From assembly GCA_963667175.2 (NCBI GenBank), contig CAXXXF010000012.1, positions 64,001-128,000 of the forward strand: 64,000 nucleotides of DNA, read 5' to 3'. Positions within the stretch are counted from its first letter, which is position 1; each line of letters begins with the position of its first letter. Both the position numbers and the translations under genes were made by a program. The notes under the pieces are model-generated. The model was not told the origin of the DNA. It worked only from the letters and a program-made list of their open reading frames with translations, and ran no database searches. This DNA comes from Candidatus Latescibacterota bacterium (GTDB taxonomy: Bacteria > Latescibacterota > UBA2968 > GCA-2709665). Below, piece by piece: positions 37,802-48,263 of this stretch.

Positions 37802-37820
37802 TCCTTCCACTCGGAAAAAC

Positions 37821-37854
37821 AAAAAAAGCAGAGGGCGCCCGGGTCCTCTGCTTT
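37821..37854. terminator. Intrinsic terminator between greA and rlmD
   Basis: AAAGCAGAGG..CCTCTGCTTT stem with an A7 tract. Confidence 0.8.
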
Positions 37855-37884
37855 CCTGTGCGTGTCGTGCGGCATGCCGGATCA

Positions 37885-39249
37885 TCAGACCATATTCGCC
37901 AATCGGGCCACAACCTCGCAATGGGGCGTGTGGGGAAACATGTCCACGAGTTGCACGTAGTCCGTCCTGTAGCCCCCCGCCTCCAGTCGCTTCAGGTCCG
38001 TACCCAGCGCCTCCGGATTACACGAGACGTAAACGATGCGCTCCGGGCGCAGATCACAGATCGCGGTTAACGCCTTTGGATGCATTCCCGGCCTCGGAGG
38101 ATCGGTGACCACGGTTTCAAATCGCTCGCCCTGCTCCCGGATCTGCCACAGGACATCCTCCGCGGCGCCCGCTATGAAACGGCAGTTGGACACGCCGTTG
38201 ATGGCGCTGTTGCGAATCGCATCCCGAACCGCCCCGTCAACGACCTCGATGCCCAGTACGTATCCTGCCTTCCGCGAAAGATACAACGAAATCGCGCCCG
38301 TTCCACAATACACGTCCAGAATCCGGTCGTCCGGTCCGGGCATGGCCAGCTCGACGACCCGCCGGTAGAGTCGTTCGGCCTGGTGGGTGTTGGTCTGGAA
38401 GAACGAACCCGGTGATATCTCAAAAGTAAAATCACCCAGGTTTTCTTTCACCGAGCCCGTTCCGGCAAGCACTTCTTCGCGGTCGCCGGTGGCCACCTGA
38501 GCCCGACGAAGATTAACGTTGCGGATCACGCTTTTCACCTCCGGAAAGGACTCTCTCAGCGTTTTTCCCAACGTTTCCGCCCCGGGAAACGCATCACCCG
38601 ACGTGGTCAGCACAACCATGGTTTCACCCGTCCGTTTGCCTTCCCGTATGGTCAGGAACCGGAGCAGGCCGTCGTGCCGCTTCAAGTGGTAAACGGGGAA
38701 AGACCTGGTGACGTTGCGCACGTGTTCAACGATCCGGTTGGACGATTCCGACTGCAGATAGCAGGCGTTCAGGTCGAATACACGGTCGAATCGCCCCCAG
38801 ACGTGCAACCCCACCTCGTTTCGCCCGTCAGGCGCCGAGCCAAAGGAGAATTCCATCTTGTTCCGGTAGTAGAACGGCGCCCCGGAAGGTATCGGCGCGT
38901 CTGGTTCCGTATCGATTCCGGCCTCAAGCAGACAGTTCCTGACCATGTCCTGCTTCAGTCGGACCTGTGACTCGTAAGGAATATCCTGCCACAGGCACCC
39001 GCCGCAGAGACCAAAGTGAGTGCAGCTTGCACCGGCGCGCTGAATTTCGGAGGAGAGAAGCTCCTCCATTCTGGCTTCGACCCTTCTCAATCGGTTTCGG
39101 ACCTTGCGCACCCGCGCCCGGACCCGGTCTCCGGGCACCGCGCCACGAACCAGCAGCGTGTAGTCGCCGACGCGGCCCACGCCATTTCCCCTCCTGTCCA
39201 GCCTCTCGACGTCAATCTCTATCCGGTCGCCGCGCCTGGGTTTCGGCAC
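37885..39249 (-). CDS. rlmD: 23S rRNA (uracil-5-)-methyltransferase RlmD/RumA
   Basis: TRAM domain, CTHFGLCGGC, YRNK, SFFQTN, YCGTG, DPPR, YVSCNP, DMFPHT.HCE. Confidence 0.93.
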   Translation of the reverse strand: MPKPRRGDRIEIDVERLDRRGNGVGRVGDYTLLVRGAVPGDRVRARVRKVRNRLRRVEARMEELLSSEIQRAGASCTHFGLCGGCLWQDIPYESQVRLKQDMVRNCLLEAGIDTEPDAPIPSGAPFYYRNKMEFSFGSAPDGRNEVGLHVWGRFDRVFDLNACYLQSESSNRIVEHVRNVTRSFPVYHLKRHDGLLRFLTIREGKRTGETMVVLTTSGDAFPGAETLGKTLRESFPEVKSVIRNVNLRRAQVATGDREEVLAGTGSVKENLGDFTFEISPGSFFQTNTHQAERLYRRVVELAMPGPDDRILDVYCGTGAISLYLSRKAGYVLGIEVVDGAVRDAIRNSAINGVSNCRFIAGAAEDVLWQIREQGERFETVVTDPPRPGMHPKALTAICDLRPERIVYVSCNPEALGTDLKRLEAGGYRTDYVQLVDMFPHTPHCEVVARLANMV

Positions 39250-40537
39250 AGGTGCCCTCCTCTTTCACTTTCGGCGCCGGAAGCGGCGACGGCTCACGAA
39301 ACGGACCCTCCAGCAACCGGCCCGCCAGACTCTTCTGCCGGACAAAACCATCGGCGGAAAACAACACCACGCCCTGCATGCCCGCGCGGCGAGCGACGTC
39401 AATCTGGGCGACCGTGTCGTCGACGCCCTGATTCCAAATGCCGATCCCGGCGTACAGACGCCCTCTTTTCACCCGCTTCCGGGCCTCGGCCATCTGATGT
39501 CCGATATCGGCGGTGGATCCTTCGTAGAACATAGGCACCACAAAATCCACGAGCCCCCCGTTTATCCATCCGGTCCAGTCCTGGCCATATTGCGTATATG
39601 CCAATTCTATGTCCGGTTTGACGGCCGCAGACAACCTGGTACCGGGCCTCAGGCGCGAAAGCAGTTCGCGTATCTGCCCGACCAGCACGCTGACCTGCCG
39701 GCTTCGCCACTTTTCCCATGCCACCCGTGTTTCGCTCGCACCCGACCCGTCGCCACCGGGCTTGCTCCTGTTTTCTCTCCATTCCGCGGGGTCGAACCCG
39801 AAACGCCTCGTAAACTCCGCCGTCACGGCCGGATTGTAGTCATAGTGGACGTTCGGATACCGGACGTAATCCATGTGAATTCCGTCGACGTCGTATTCAG
39901 TGACGATCTCTTCTATGACTCCCAGCAAATGGGTCCTGACTTCGGTATTGCCGGGCGAAAGGTACCGCCCCTCCACGGAACGTTTGACCAGATCGACCCC
40001 GTTCAGCGCAACGCGCCCCAGGTCGATCCCGTCGGCAGAATGCATGAACCACTCGGGATGCCGCAGAAATACGTGCTGCGCCGACTCAGGACGGCGCTCC
40101 GTCGGGTGCCAGGTGAGGTAGACGTTCACCCAGGCGTGCACTTCCAGCCCCGCCCGGCGCCCCTCCTCCACGAGAAGCGCAAGCGGGTCGAAGTCCGTCT
40201 CGGACAGAGATTCGGCACGCGGCACCAGGCGGCTGGCGTAGAAGGCGTCTCCTCGGCCCCGGACCTGCACCAGGAGGGCGTTCATCCGCCCGTCCACGGC
40301 GGTGCGCACCGCGCGCATGATCTGCTCCCGACCGTTCAGCCAGTGGCGAACCACCCACAATCCGCGGAATTCGTCATTCGGCCTGCCTGTTCCGGAAACG
40401 GCAGTCGACCACAGGCAAAGCACGAGGCAGAGGCAGGCGAGTCCGCTCCCGGGAACGCGCCGGAAGGCAAAGGGCAAATCGACCGGCTTGTCGATTTGCC
40501 CTCTCATCCGGAAATTGTCACGACGTGACGGAATCAT
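39212..40537 (-). CDS. Glycosyl hydrolase-like 10 (DUF187/YddW-DigH-like) secreted protein
   Basis: EFRGLWV, QVRGRGDAFY, FDPLA, EVHAWVN, YDVDGIHMDYVRYP, PMFY. Confidence 0.88.
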   Translation of the reverse strand: MIPSRRDNFRMRGQIDKPVDLPFAFRRVPGSGLACLCLVLCLWSTAVSGTGRPNDEFRGLWVVRHWLNGREQIMRAVRTAVDGRMNALLVQVRGRGDAFYASRLVPRAESLSETDFDPLALLVEEGRRAGLEVHAWVNVYLTWHPTERRPESAQHVFLRHPEWFMHSADGIDLGRVALNGVDLVKRSVEGRYLSPGNTEVRTHLLGVIEEIVTEYDVDGIHMDYVRYPNVHYDYNPAVTAEFTRRFGFDPAEWRENRSKPGGDGSGASETRVAWEKWRSRQVSVLVGQIRELLSRLRPGTRLSAAVKPDIELAYTQYGQDWTGWINGGLVDFVVPMFYEGSTADIGHQMAEARKRVKRGRLYAGIGIWNQGVDDTVAQIDVARRAGMQGVVLFSADGFVRQKSLAGRLLEGPFREPSPLPAPKVKEEGTCAETQARRPDRD

Positions 40538-41085
40538 GATGCCGTACGCTTACGTTCCTCTCCGGATTCGACGGCTTTCCCGGAATCTCCCTCAACGGTC
40601 GGAGCCGACGAGTGCCCGCCCGACCCGCGCGCGACCTCCTCAGCGGAACCTTCTTCGGTTTCCCCGCCGTCAGGCCCGGTATCGACTTCGTCGAGTGATT
40701 TCGAACCCGCGGCGAAATCGGCCCTTGACTCCTCTCCAACCATCTCCACCAGACACATTTCGACGCGGTCGCCGCGGCGGGGGCCCAGTTTGAGCAACCT
40801 CAGATAACCCCCGTTCCGTTCGGAGTGGGACGTTGCGATCTCGTCGAAGAGTTTCGCAACCACACGCTGATTTTGAATTCGCCGCAGAACCTGTCTTCTG
40901 GCGTGTAAATCGCCCCGCTTGGCAAACGTGATCAGGCGTTCGGCCAGACCGCGCAACTCCTTGGCCTTGGCGTGGGTCGTACGTATCGAACCGTACGTGA
41001 ACAGAGACGCGGCCATATTATTCATCATCGCTCTCTTGTGGCTTGCTGTACGTCCGAGCTTGCGTCCCCGCTTTCCGTGTCTCAT
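40534..41085 (-). CDS. rplQ: 50S ribosomal protein L17 with acidic C-terminal extension
   Basis: MRHGKRGRKLGR, RNGGYLR. Confidence 0.97.
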   Translation of the reverse strand: MRHGKRGRKLGRTASHKRAMMNNMAASLFTYGSIRTTHAKAKELRGLAERLITFAKRGDLHARRQVLRRIQNQRVVAKLFDEIATSHSERNGGYLRLLKLGPRRGDRVEMCLVEMVGEESRADFAAGSKSLDEVDTGPDGGETEEGSAEEVARGSGGHSSAPTVEGDSGKAVESGEERKRTAS

Positions 41086-41112
41086 AGCCCATCTTTCCCG
41101 TTAGAAGCTGTC

Positions 41113-42129
41113 TTAGAATTCATCCTCCAGCACCGCCACCTCATCACTCCTGGCGGCAATCCCGCTGTATTTCGCAATATCCATGCCGAACTGAAGTCCC
41201 AGACCTTCCAGGATGGCCGTCAGCTCGTTCAGCGATTTGCGGCCGAAATTCCGGAACTTCAGCATCTCTGTCTCGGTCTTTTGCACGAGGTCCTCGAGGG
41301 CCAGAATATTGGCAGCCTTCAGACAATTGGCCGAACGTACCGATAGTTCCAGTTCTTCTACCGGCATCTGAAGAAGTGAAGCCACACGCTGCGTGTCTTC
41401 GTCGATGACTTCCTCGTACTCCTCCTCCGGCTCTTCCTCGAAGTGGATGAAGAGTTCCAGATGGTCCTTCAGTATCTTCGCCGCATGAGACACGGCGTCG
41501 TCCGGACGGACCGTTCCGTTGGTCCAGACGGTCAGCGTCAGTTTATCGTAGTCCGTCTGTTGTCCCACCCGGGCATTGTCCACCTCGTAATGCACTTTCC
41601 GGATGGGAGAAAACGCGGAGTCGAGCATGATCGTATCCGTAGCGGGATCGGTGACTTTGTTCTCTTCGGCAAGAACGTACCCCCGTCCGTTGCCCACGGT
41701 GACCTCCAGTTCCAGGTGGCCGTCCTGATCGAGAGACGCGATGTGCTGATCGGGATTCATGACCTCGACGTCCGCGTCCACCTCAAGTTCCGCGGCCGTC
41801 AACGCGCCCGGCCCCGCCTTGTCGATTCGTAGCTGTTTGTCTTCCTCCGAATGCACTCGCAGGTTGACCTCTTTGAGATTCAGGACGATTTCAGTCATGT
41901 CTTCGACAACGCCCTGTACGACGGAGAACTCGTGCTGCACCCCTTTCACCCGAATGGCCTTCACGGCGGCGCCCTCTATGGATGAGAGCAATACCCTGCG
42001 CAATGCGTTGCCGATTGTGGTTCCGAATCCACGTTCCAGAGGTTGCACCGTAAACATTCCGTAAGAACTGGTGAGGCTGTCCTCATCAATCTGGACGGAC
42101 CTGGGCATCTGGAAGTTTTTGGGCTTCAT
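41113..42129 (-). CDS. rpoA: RNA polymerase alpha subunit
   Basis: PLERGFGTTIGNALRRVLLSS, LELSVRSANCL, NFGRKSL. Confidence 0.98.
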   Translation of the reverse strand: MKPKNFQMPRSVQIDEDSLTSSYGMFTVQPLERGFGTTIGNALRRVLLSSIEGAAVKAIRVKGVQHEFSVVQGVVEDMTEIVLNLKEVNLRVHSEEDKQLRIDKAGPGALTAAELEVDADVEVMNPDQHIASLDQDGHLELEVTVGNGRGYVLAEENKVTDPATDTIMLDSAFSPIRKVHYEVDNARVGQQTDYDKLTLTVWTNGTVRPDDAVSHAAKILKDHLELFIHFEEEPEEEYEEVIDEDTQRVASLLQMPVEELELSVRSANCLKAANILALEDLVQKTETEMLKFRNFGRKSLNELTAILEGLGLQFGMDIAKYSGIAARSDEVAVLEDEF

Positions 42130-42219
42130 ACAAGCATTCTCCTTGGATCAACCAAGAAACAACGCGGCATCCCCGATGTTCCAGGCATACGCGGCCGCTC
42201 CTCATGAAAGCCGATGCGA

Positions 42220-42849
42220 TTACTTCGAGTACAATTCCACAATGAGTTGCTCTTCTACCGGCGTCGGAATCCCTTCTCTGTCGGGAACGTCGAGAACGGT
42301 TCCGGTGAGATTCACTTTGTCCAGAGACAGCCACGCCGCCTGTCGCCCCTCGCCGATCCGCTTGATGGACTCGTGGATCAACGCCAGTTGCCGGCTCTTT
42401 TCCCGTACCTGAATCGTATCGCCGGGCGTGACCTGAAAAGAAGGGACGTCCACGATACGCCCATTCACCATAATGTGGCGGTGCCGCACCAGTTGACGCG
42501 CCGCCTTGTGAGAAGGCGCGAACCCCAGCCTGTGTGTGACGTTGTCCAGGCGGCTCTCCAGCGTCTGAAGGAGAACCTCCCCGGTCACGCCCTTCCGGCG
42601 GGCGGCCTTGTGATAATAGCCGCGGAACTGGCTTTCGAGCACACCGTACTGGCGCTTGGCCTTTTGCTTCTCTCTGAGCTGCAGGGCATATTCCGAAGGC
42701 TTGCGGCCCTGCCGCTGCCCGTGCATGCCCGGTGCGTAGCTGCGCTTTTCGAACGAGCATTTGTCCAGGTAGCAGCGCTCGCCCTTCAGGAACAGCTTAA
42801 CCCCTTCGCGGCGACACAATTTGCAGCTCGATTCCGTATACCTTGCCAT
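42220..42849 (-). CDS. rpsD: 30S ribosomal protein S4 (Zn-binding type)
   Basis: [26 protein letters not shown]. Confidence 0.98.
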   Translation of the reverse strand: MARYTESSCKLCRREGVKLFLKGERCYLDKCSFEKRSYAPGMHGQRQGRKPSEYALQLREKQKAKRQYGVLESQFRGYYHKAARRKGVTGEVLLQTLESRLDNVTHRLGFAPSHKAARQLVRHRHIMVNGRIVDVPSFQVTPGDTIQVREKSRQLALIHESIKRIGEGRQAAWLSLDKVNLTGTVLDVPDREGIPTPVEEQLIVELYSK

Positions 42850-42876
42850 GCAATGGACCTCCTCGGTCGGAAACCG

Positions 42877-43266
42877 TTACACCCGACGTCGCTTGGGCGG
42901 CCGGCAGCCGTTGTGAGGAATCGGAGTGACATCGCGAATCGCCGCGATTTCCAGTCCGGCGCCCTGCAACGCACGTACGGCGGCTTCCCGGCCGACGCCC
43001 GGACCCTTGACCCATACCTCAACGCGTCGCAGCCCCATGGACATGGCTTCTTTTGCCGCGGCTTCCGCAGCCAGCTGGGCGGCAAAGGGCGTACTCTTTC
43101 GGGAACCCTTAAAACCCACCTTTCCAGTTGTGGACCACGAAATCACGTGCCCGTCCCTGTCGGTCAGGGTGACGATGGTATTGTTGAACGTCGCCTTAAT
43201 GTGGGCAACACCCTGTCCATCGACCCGCTTGCTCCTGCGTCGGCCTCTTCTTTGTTCCGGCGGCAA
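42877..43266 (-). CDS. rpsK: 30S ribosomal protein S11
   Basis: [26 protein letters not shown]; TTG start with AAGGAGG RBS. Confidence 0.98.
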   Translation of the reverse strand: MPPEQRRGRRRSKRVDGQGVAHIKATFNNTIVTLTDRDGHVISWSTTGKVGFKGSRKSTPFAAQLAAEAAAKEAMSMGLRRVEVWVKGPGVGREAAVRALQGAGLEIAAIRDVTPIPHNGCRPPKRRRV

Positions 43267-43288
43267 CTGATCGCCTCCTTAGTGGTGA

Positions 43289-43669
43289 TTAAACCTGCGC
43301 TTTCTTCTTCTTGGCAATCTGGCCCTTCTTCGGTCCCTTTCGCGTCCGGGCGTTCGTCCGGGTGCGCTGGCCGCGCACCGGAAGCCCCCGCCGCCAGCGA
43401 AGTCCGCGGTAGCAGCCGATGTCCATCAGACGCTTGATGTTCATGGCCACCTCGCTCCTCAGGTTGCCCTCCACACGGTATTCCCCCTCGATCACACTCC
43501 GGAGTTTCGTAACGTCTTCCTCGCTCAATGCGTCAACGCGCGTATCCGGGGAAATCTGTGTCTTTTCCAGAATCCGGTTTGAGGAACTTCTGCCAATACC
43601 GTAAATGTAGGTCAGCGCGATTTCCACCCGCTTGTCGCGCGGCACGTCTACCCCTGCGATCCGTGCCAT
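43289..43669 (-). CDS. rpsM: 30S ribosomal protein S13
   Basis: [25 protein letters not shown]. Confidence 0.98.
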   Translation of the reverse strand: MARIAGVDVPRDKRVEIALTYIYGIGRSSSNRILEKTQISPDTRVDALSEEDVTKLRSVIEGEYRVEGNLRSEVAMNIKRLMDIGCYRGLRWRRGLPVRGQRTRTNARTRKGPKKGQIAKKKKAQV

Positions 43670-43771
43670 GATCTCTCCTCCATTGTTTGATTTCCGAAGG
43701 TCCCGGTGTCCGGTCCCGGAAATCTGTTCCCATCCGTCCGCCGATTCATCACGTCCTGCGCATGCGCCGGT

Positions 43772-43810
43772 CCCTGAGCCCTGTCCTGAACGTGTCAATG
43801 GATCGAAGGG
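43772..43810. repeat. Nested REP-like CCCTGAGC...TCGAAGGG element
   Basis: Outer CCCTGAGC/TCGAAGGG enclosing a degenerate inner CCTGTCCTGAAC..GGA copy. Confidence 0.45.
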
Positions 43811-43860
43811 ATACCGGCCGGGCGGCTCGGCGGTCGAATTCGGGTCGCCTGTTATCGGGT

Positions 43861-43977
43861 CTAGCCCTGTCTCTGTTTATGACTTGGATCGTGTTTGCAT
43901 ATCACCCGCACCACGCCCCTTCTCCGGATGATCTTGCAGTGATTGCATCGTTTTTTTACGGACGCGCGAACCCTCAT
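43861..43977 (-). CDS. rpmJ: 50S ribosomal protein L36 (not in the ORF track)
   Basis: Manual translation [38 protein letters not shown]. Confidence 0.97.
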   Translation of the reverse strand: MRVRASVKKRCNHCKIIRRRGVVRVICKHDPSHKQRQG

Positions 43978-43993
43978 TCTGAAATCCTTTCGA

Positions 43994-45331
43994 TCACCTT
44001 CGGCCTCTGAGCCTGCCCTTCTTCATAAAGCCGTCGTAGTGGCGCATCAGGAGATGGGATTCCACCCTCTGTAACGTGTCGAGCGCCACACCCACGATAA
44101 TCAGAAGCCCGGTCCCCCCGAAGAAGTCGATCAGGCCGGGATTCACATCGGCCCAACTGATCACGAAAAACGGGAAGACTGCTATCGCTGCCAGAAAGAT
44201 GGATCCCGGAAGCGTAATCCGGGTCAGAATCCGATCGATAAAATCGGACGTGCGCTTGCCGGGACGGATGCCGGGTATGAACCCGCCCTGCCGCTTCATA
44301 TTATCGGCCAGGTCTACAGGGTTGAAAACGATCGCCGTATAGAAATAGGCGAAAAAGATGATCATTGCGGAATAGAGTATCCAGTACGGAAGCGCATGAA
44401 GGGTGGTCGCTGGCGAAAACCGGGATGCCATGTCCTGCACCCACTCATTCATCGGGAAGAAATTGGCCAGCGTGGATGGCAAAAACATGATGGCCTGCGC
44501 AAATATGATCGGCATCACACCCGAGGTATTCACCTTCAGCGGAATGTGTGTGCTCTGGCCTCCGTAAACCCGCCGGCCCACAACACGTTTGGCATATTGT
44601 ACCGGTATTTTCCTCGTTCCCTGTGTAATGAGAACCACCAGCGCGGTAACGGCGACAATGATGACGACGACGAACAGCTCGAGCAGGATGGGCTTGTTGT
44701 TGGCCACAAAGTCCTGATACTCCTGGATCACGGCCGCGGGCGCGCGGGCGATGATCCCTATGAAAATCAACATCGACATGCCGTTGCCGATACCCCGGTC
44801 GTCGATCTGTTCTCCCAGCCACATGACAAATACGGTACCGGCGGTAATCGTCAGTATCGTCAGCAGGCGAAAGCCCAGGCCAGGATCCGGCACCACCAGC
44901 ATTCCCGTGATGGGCGACCTGAGGCTTTCCATAAACAGGCTGACGCCAAATGACTGAGCTGCCGCCAGCGCAACGGTCCCGTATCGGGTATATTGGGTGA
45001 TCTTCTTCCGCCCCTCTTCGCCCTCCTTCTGGAGTTTCTGCAAAAAGGGAATGACGGCGCCCATCAGCTGAAGGATAATCGAGGCGCTGATATACGGCAT
45101 GATGCCCAGCGCAAAGACGGTCGCGCGGCCGAATGCGCCGCCGGCGAACATGTCATAGAATCCCAGGACGCCCGTTGCGGCACTGCTGAAGTACTCGTCC
45201 AGGGCCCTGGGGTCGATGCCGGGAATGGTCACGTACGTGCCAATCCGGAAGACCACGAGAATCCCAAGCGTAAACAGGATGCGATTGCGTAACTCGGGGA
45301 TTCGAAAGGCACTCTGGAAACTCTGGAGCAC
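43994..45331 (-). CDS. secY: Preprotein translocase SecY
   Basis: [38 protein letters not shown]. Confidence 0.98.
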   Translation of the reverse strand: MLQSFQSAFRIPELRNRILFTLGILVVFRIGTYVTIPGIDPRALDEYFSSAATGVLGFYDMFAGGAFGRATVFALGIMPYISASIILQLMGAVIPFLQKLQKEGEEGRKKITQYTRYGTVALAAAQSFGVSLFMESLRSPITGMLVVPDPGLGFRLLTILTITAGTVFVMWLGEQIDDRGIGNGMSMLIFIGIIARAPAAVIQEYQDFVANNKPILLELFVVVIIVAVTALVVLITQGTRKIPVQYAKRVVGRRVYGGQSTHIPLKVNTSGVMPIIFAQAIMFLPSTLANFFPMNEWVQDMASRFSPATTLHALPYWILYSAMIIFFAYFYTAIVFNPVDLADNMKRQGGFIPGIRPGKRTSDFIDRILTRITLPGSIFLAAIAVFPFFVISWADVNPGLIDFFGGTGLLIIVGVALDTLQRVESHLLMRHYDGFMKKGRLRGRR

Positions 45332-45360
45332 CGCCGCCTCCTCTACAAATTAACTACAAA

Positions 45361-45822
45361 TTAACCCGCTCCGGAACCCGCGTCGATCAGGGTGACACTT
45401 CCTCCGGCCGACTCGATTTTCTCTGTGGCCGACCTGGATGCCGCATGCGCGTGAACCTGTAAGGGATCGGAGACCTCACCCCGCCCCAGTATTTTCACGG
45501 GCCGCCGGATGGACCGTATCAGACCCGACTGCTTCAATTGTTGGGGCGTCACCGAACCGGACAATCCCCGTTTGACAATATCGTCCAGATTAACGACCTG
45601 ATAGACCACCTTCAACGGGTTGTTGAATCCGACCTTGGGAAGTCTGCGCTGCAACGGCATCTGCCCACCCTCAAACCACGGCCTCAACTTGGCGCCCGAA
45701 CGGGACTTCTGGCCTTTGTGTCCCTTTCCGCTGGTTTTTCCGCAGCCGGATCCGACGCCGCATCCAAGTCGTTTCCGATTCGTGACCGCGCCCTTGGGGG
45801 GCTTGAACTTTCCTGGTTCCAT
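45361..45822 (-). CDS. rplO: 50S ribosomal protein L15
   Basis: GKTSGKGHKGQKSRSG, FEGGQMPLQRRLPK. Confidence 0.97.
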   Translation of the reverse strand: MEPGKFKPPKGAVTNRKRLGCGVGSGCGKTSGKGHKGQKSRSGAKLRPWFEGGQMPLQRRLPKVGFNNPLKVVYQVVNLDDIVKRGLSGSVTPQQLKQSGLIRSIRRPVKILGRGEVSDPLQVHAHAASRSATEKIESAGGSVTLIDAGSGAG

Positions 45823-45897
45823 CTTCCCGAGTCCTTACGCATGAAGGTAAGCGGGCCCGGTCCGGCCGTCGCGACCGTTAAGAGCCCTGATCCGAAA

Positions 45898-46095
45898 TCA
45901 GCCGTCCGCCTGATTCACTTCGACGAGGTGCGCTACCGAATTGACCATTCCACGGATTTGAACGGTATCGTTGTGGATGACGCTGTGACGAATTCGTCGA
46001 ATGCCAAGCGCCGCGAGCGTGCGCCGTTGTTTTTCATTGCGCGAGATCAGGCTGCGAACCTGGGTGATCTTCAGTTTCTTCCCATCGTTTGCCAT
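45898..46095 (-). CDS. rpmD: 50S ribosomal protein L30
   Basis: [19 protein letters not shown]; synteny. Confidence 0.95.
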   Translation of the reverse strand: MANDGKKLKITQVRSLISRNEKQRRTLAALGIRRIRHSVIHNDTVQIRGMVNSVAHLVEVNQADG

Positions 46096-46101
46096 TCCGC
46101 G

Positions 46102-46617
46102 TTACTCCCGAACGCCGGTCAGCTCTGCTTCGTCGACGTTCCGCAGCCGCGCGAACGCCCGCGCGTCGCGCAGGCTGGCCAGCCCCTGGAGCGTCGCCTT
46201 TACGGTATTGTGGGTATTCTGGGAACCCAGAGATTTGGTCAATACGTTCTGCAAACCTGCCAGTTCCAGAACCGCTCGAATCCCCCCCCCGGCGATCACC
46301 CCGGTTCCCGGCGCAGCAGGCCTCAACAATACCCTGGAGGCGCCAAAGACACCGATGATCTCGTGTGGCAATGTCCCGTTGATGACCGGTATGCGCACCA
46401 GTTCCTTCTTTGCGTTTTCGGTGGCTTTGCGGATGGCTTCGGCCACCTCTCCCGCCTTGCCCATTCCGGCGCCGACGTGGCCCTGCCGGTCGCCGACGAC
46501 CACCATCACGTTGAAGGCAAAGCGACGTCCGCCCTTGCGCACGTGGGACACCCGCTTGAGGCTGTTGTTGATGACGATTTCAGTCAGATCCAATCCCGAA
46601 GGGTCTATGCGTTTCAA
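46102..46617 (-). CDS. rpsE: 30S ribosomal protein S5
   Basis: [23 protein letters not shown]. Confidence 0.97.
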   Translation of the reverse strand: MKRIDPSGLDLTEIVINNSLKRVSHVRKGGRRFAFNVMVVVGDRQGHVGAGMGKAGEVAEAIRKATENAKKELVRIPVINGTLPHEIIGVFGASRVLLRPAAPGTGVIAGGGIRAVLELAGLQNVLTKSLGSQNTHNTVKATLQGLASLRDARAFARLRNVDEAELTGVRE

Positions 46618-46647
46618 ATGCGTACTCCTTTGATTCGGGCAACCAGG

Positions 46648-47016
46648 CTAAAACAACAATCCGCCTTCGCGGGCGCCGTCGGCCAACGCCTTGATCCGGC
46701 CGTGGTACAGTCGGCCGCCCCGATCGAATACAACGGTTTTGATGCCGGCCTCGATCGCTTTCATTGCCACCGCACGCCCCACCTTGCGCCCCTTCTCGCT
46801 CTTGTTGCCCGAGAGCGTATCGCGGATTTCACGGGAATTGCTCGAGAGCCCCAGAAGGGATCGACCCGTCGTGTCGTCGATCAGCTGCACTTCAATGTGG
46901 TTCAGGCTCCTGCTCACCGCCAACCGGGGCCGCCCGGGGGTGCCGCGGATCTTTTTTCGGATTCGCAATCGGCGACGACGTCTCAGATTGGCCTTCTGAA
47001 TCTGTGGGTTTGCCAT
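46648..47016 (-). CDS. rplR: 50S ribosomal protein L18
   Basis: RPRLAVSRS, VVFDRGG.LYHGR. Confidence 0.97.
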   Translation of the reverse strand: MANPQIQKANLRRRRRLRIRKKIRGTPGRPRLAVSRSLNHIEVQLIDDTTGRSLLGLSSNSREIRDTLSGNKSEKGRKVGRAVAMKAIEAGIKTVVFDRGGRLYHGRIKALADGAREGGLLF

Positions 47017-47043
47017 GACAATCCGCTCCGTGGGTTCTCAATA

Positions 47044-47610
47044 CTACGTAACAGCGGCCTTGCCGGCCTTGCGACGCACATACTCGTTAAAGTATCTGAT
47101 CCCTTTTCCCTTGTATGGCTCCGGGGGACGGACTTTTCGAATATCGGCAGCCATCTGTCCCACCCGTTCCTTATCTGCTCCCCGGACGACAATTGACGAC
47201 TGGGCCGTTTCAATTTCGGCGGGAGCCGCCTCAATGCTCATTTCGACGCCGTCGAGCGGCTCTATAATCACGGGATGGCTGAAACCGACCTGCAAATCCA
47301 GATTCCTGCCCTTCATTTCAGCGCGATACCCCACTCCCACGACAACCAGCCGTTTTTCAAATCCGTTGCGCACGCCTTCAACCGCGTTGGCGAGCAACGA
47401 CCGGGTCAGGCCCCATACCGCCTTTGACTCCCTGTCGTCGACGTCCTCAACCGTGACGCGCAGCGTCCCGTCTTCCTGGTGTAACTGCGTCAGCGGATGA
47501 ATCCGCACCGTCAACGCTCCCTTGCTCCCTTTCACCTGCACGCCGTCCGGTCCAATCTGTACCTGAACCCCATCCGGAACGGGAATCGGTTGTTTTCCAA
47601 CGCGTGACAC
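47044..47610 (-). CDS. rplF: 50S ribosomal protein L6
   Basis: SRVGKQPI, GVGYRA, RPPEPYKGKGIRY. Confidence 0.97.
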   Translation of the reverse strand: MSRVGKQPIPVPDGVQVQIGPDGVQVKGSKGALTVRIHPLTQLHQEDGTLRVTVEDVDDRESKAVWGLTRSLLANAVEGVRNGFEKRLVVVGVGYRAEMKGRNLDLQVGFSHPVIIEPLDGVEMSIEAAPAEIETAQSSIVVRGADKERVGQMAADIRKVRPPEPYKGKGIRYFNEYVRRKAGKAAVT

Positions 47611-47625
47611 CTTGAATCCTCCCGG

Positions 47626-48024
47626 TTACCAGAGGTGGCAGAGGACCTCGCCGCCGACCCCGGCCGTGCGAGCCTCGCTATCCGTGAGAATACCCCGGGA
47701 CGTGGAAAGCACAGCCACGCCGAGACCGTTGAGTACCCTGGGGATTTCACCGGCTCCTACGTAACGACGCAGCCCCGGTCGGCTGATGCGTTGCAATCCC
47801 TGAATGGCGCTTTCGTCGTCCGAACTGTACCTGAGATACAGTCGGATGTAGCCCTGCCTGTTGTCTTCCACGGACGCGTAGTTATGGATAAAGCCCTTCA
47901 TTTTCAAAATGCGCGCAATTTCAGTTTTTATCCGGGAACCCGGAATGTCTACCTTGCGGTGCCCTGCACGGGCCGCATTCCGAATACGGGTCAGCATATC
48001 CGCAACCGGATCGCTCATACTCAT
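47626..48024 (-). CDS. rpsH: 30S ribosomal protein S8
   Basis: DPVADMLTRIRNA, SRPGLRRY, STSRG. Confidence 0.97.
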   Translation of the reverse strand: MSMSDPVADMLTRIRNAARAGHRKVDIPGSRIKTEIARILKMKGFIHNYASVEDNRQGYIRLYLRYSSDDESAIQGLQRISRPGLRRYVGAGEIPRVLNGLGVAVLSTSRGILTDSEARTAGVGGEVLCHLW

Positions 48025-48055
48025 AGCGTCAACAGCCTCCTGTCTGTCCGGGTTG

Positions 48056-48241
48056 CTACCAGCTCGCCTTCGAGACGCCTGGGATCTCACCCAGCAACGC
48101 CAGTTCTCTAAAGCAGATCCTGCAGACTCCGAACTGCCTCATGTAGCCTCTCGGGCGTCCGCAACGATGGCAACGATTATAGCGGCGAACGGCAAACTTC
48201 GGTTTTTTGTTTGCCTTGACGATCAATGTCTTTTTTGCCAC
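48056..48241 (-). CDS. rpsN: 30S ribosomal protein S14 type Z
   Basis: [24 protein letters not shown]; GTG start. Confidence 0.96.
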   Translation of the reverse strand: MAKKTLIVKANKKPKFAVRRYNRCHRCGRPRGYMRQFGVCRICFRELALLGEIPGVSKASW

Positions 48242-48263
48242 TGGTACGCTCGCTTTCTTGATA

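Noticed and set aside
46282-46290. C9 homopolymer in rpsE and A9 run (19851-19859) in the MFS gene as phase-variation or frameshift sites
   Set aside because: Both frames are intact; the C9 run encodes the conserved AGG(G) of S5 and the A9 run lies in a variable C-terminal tail
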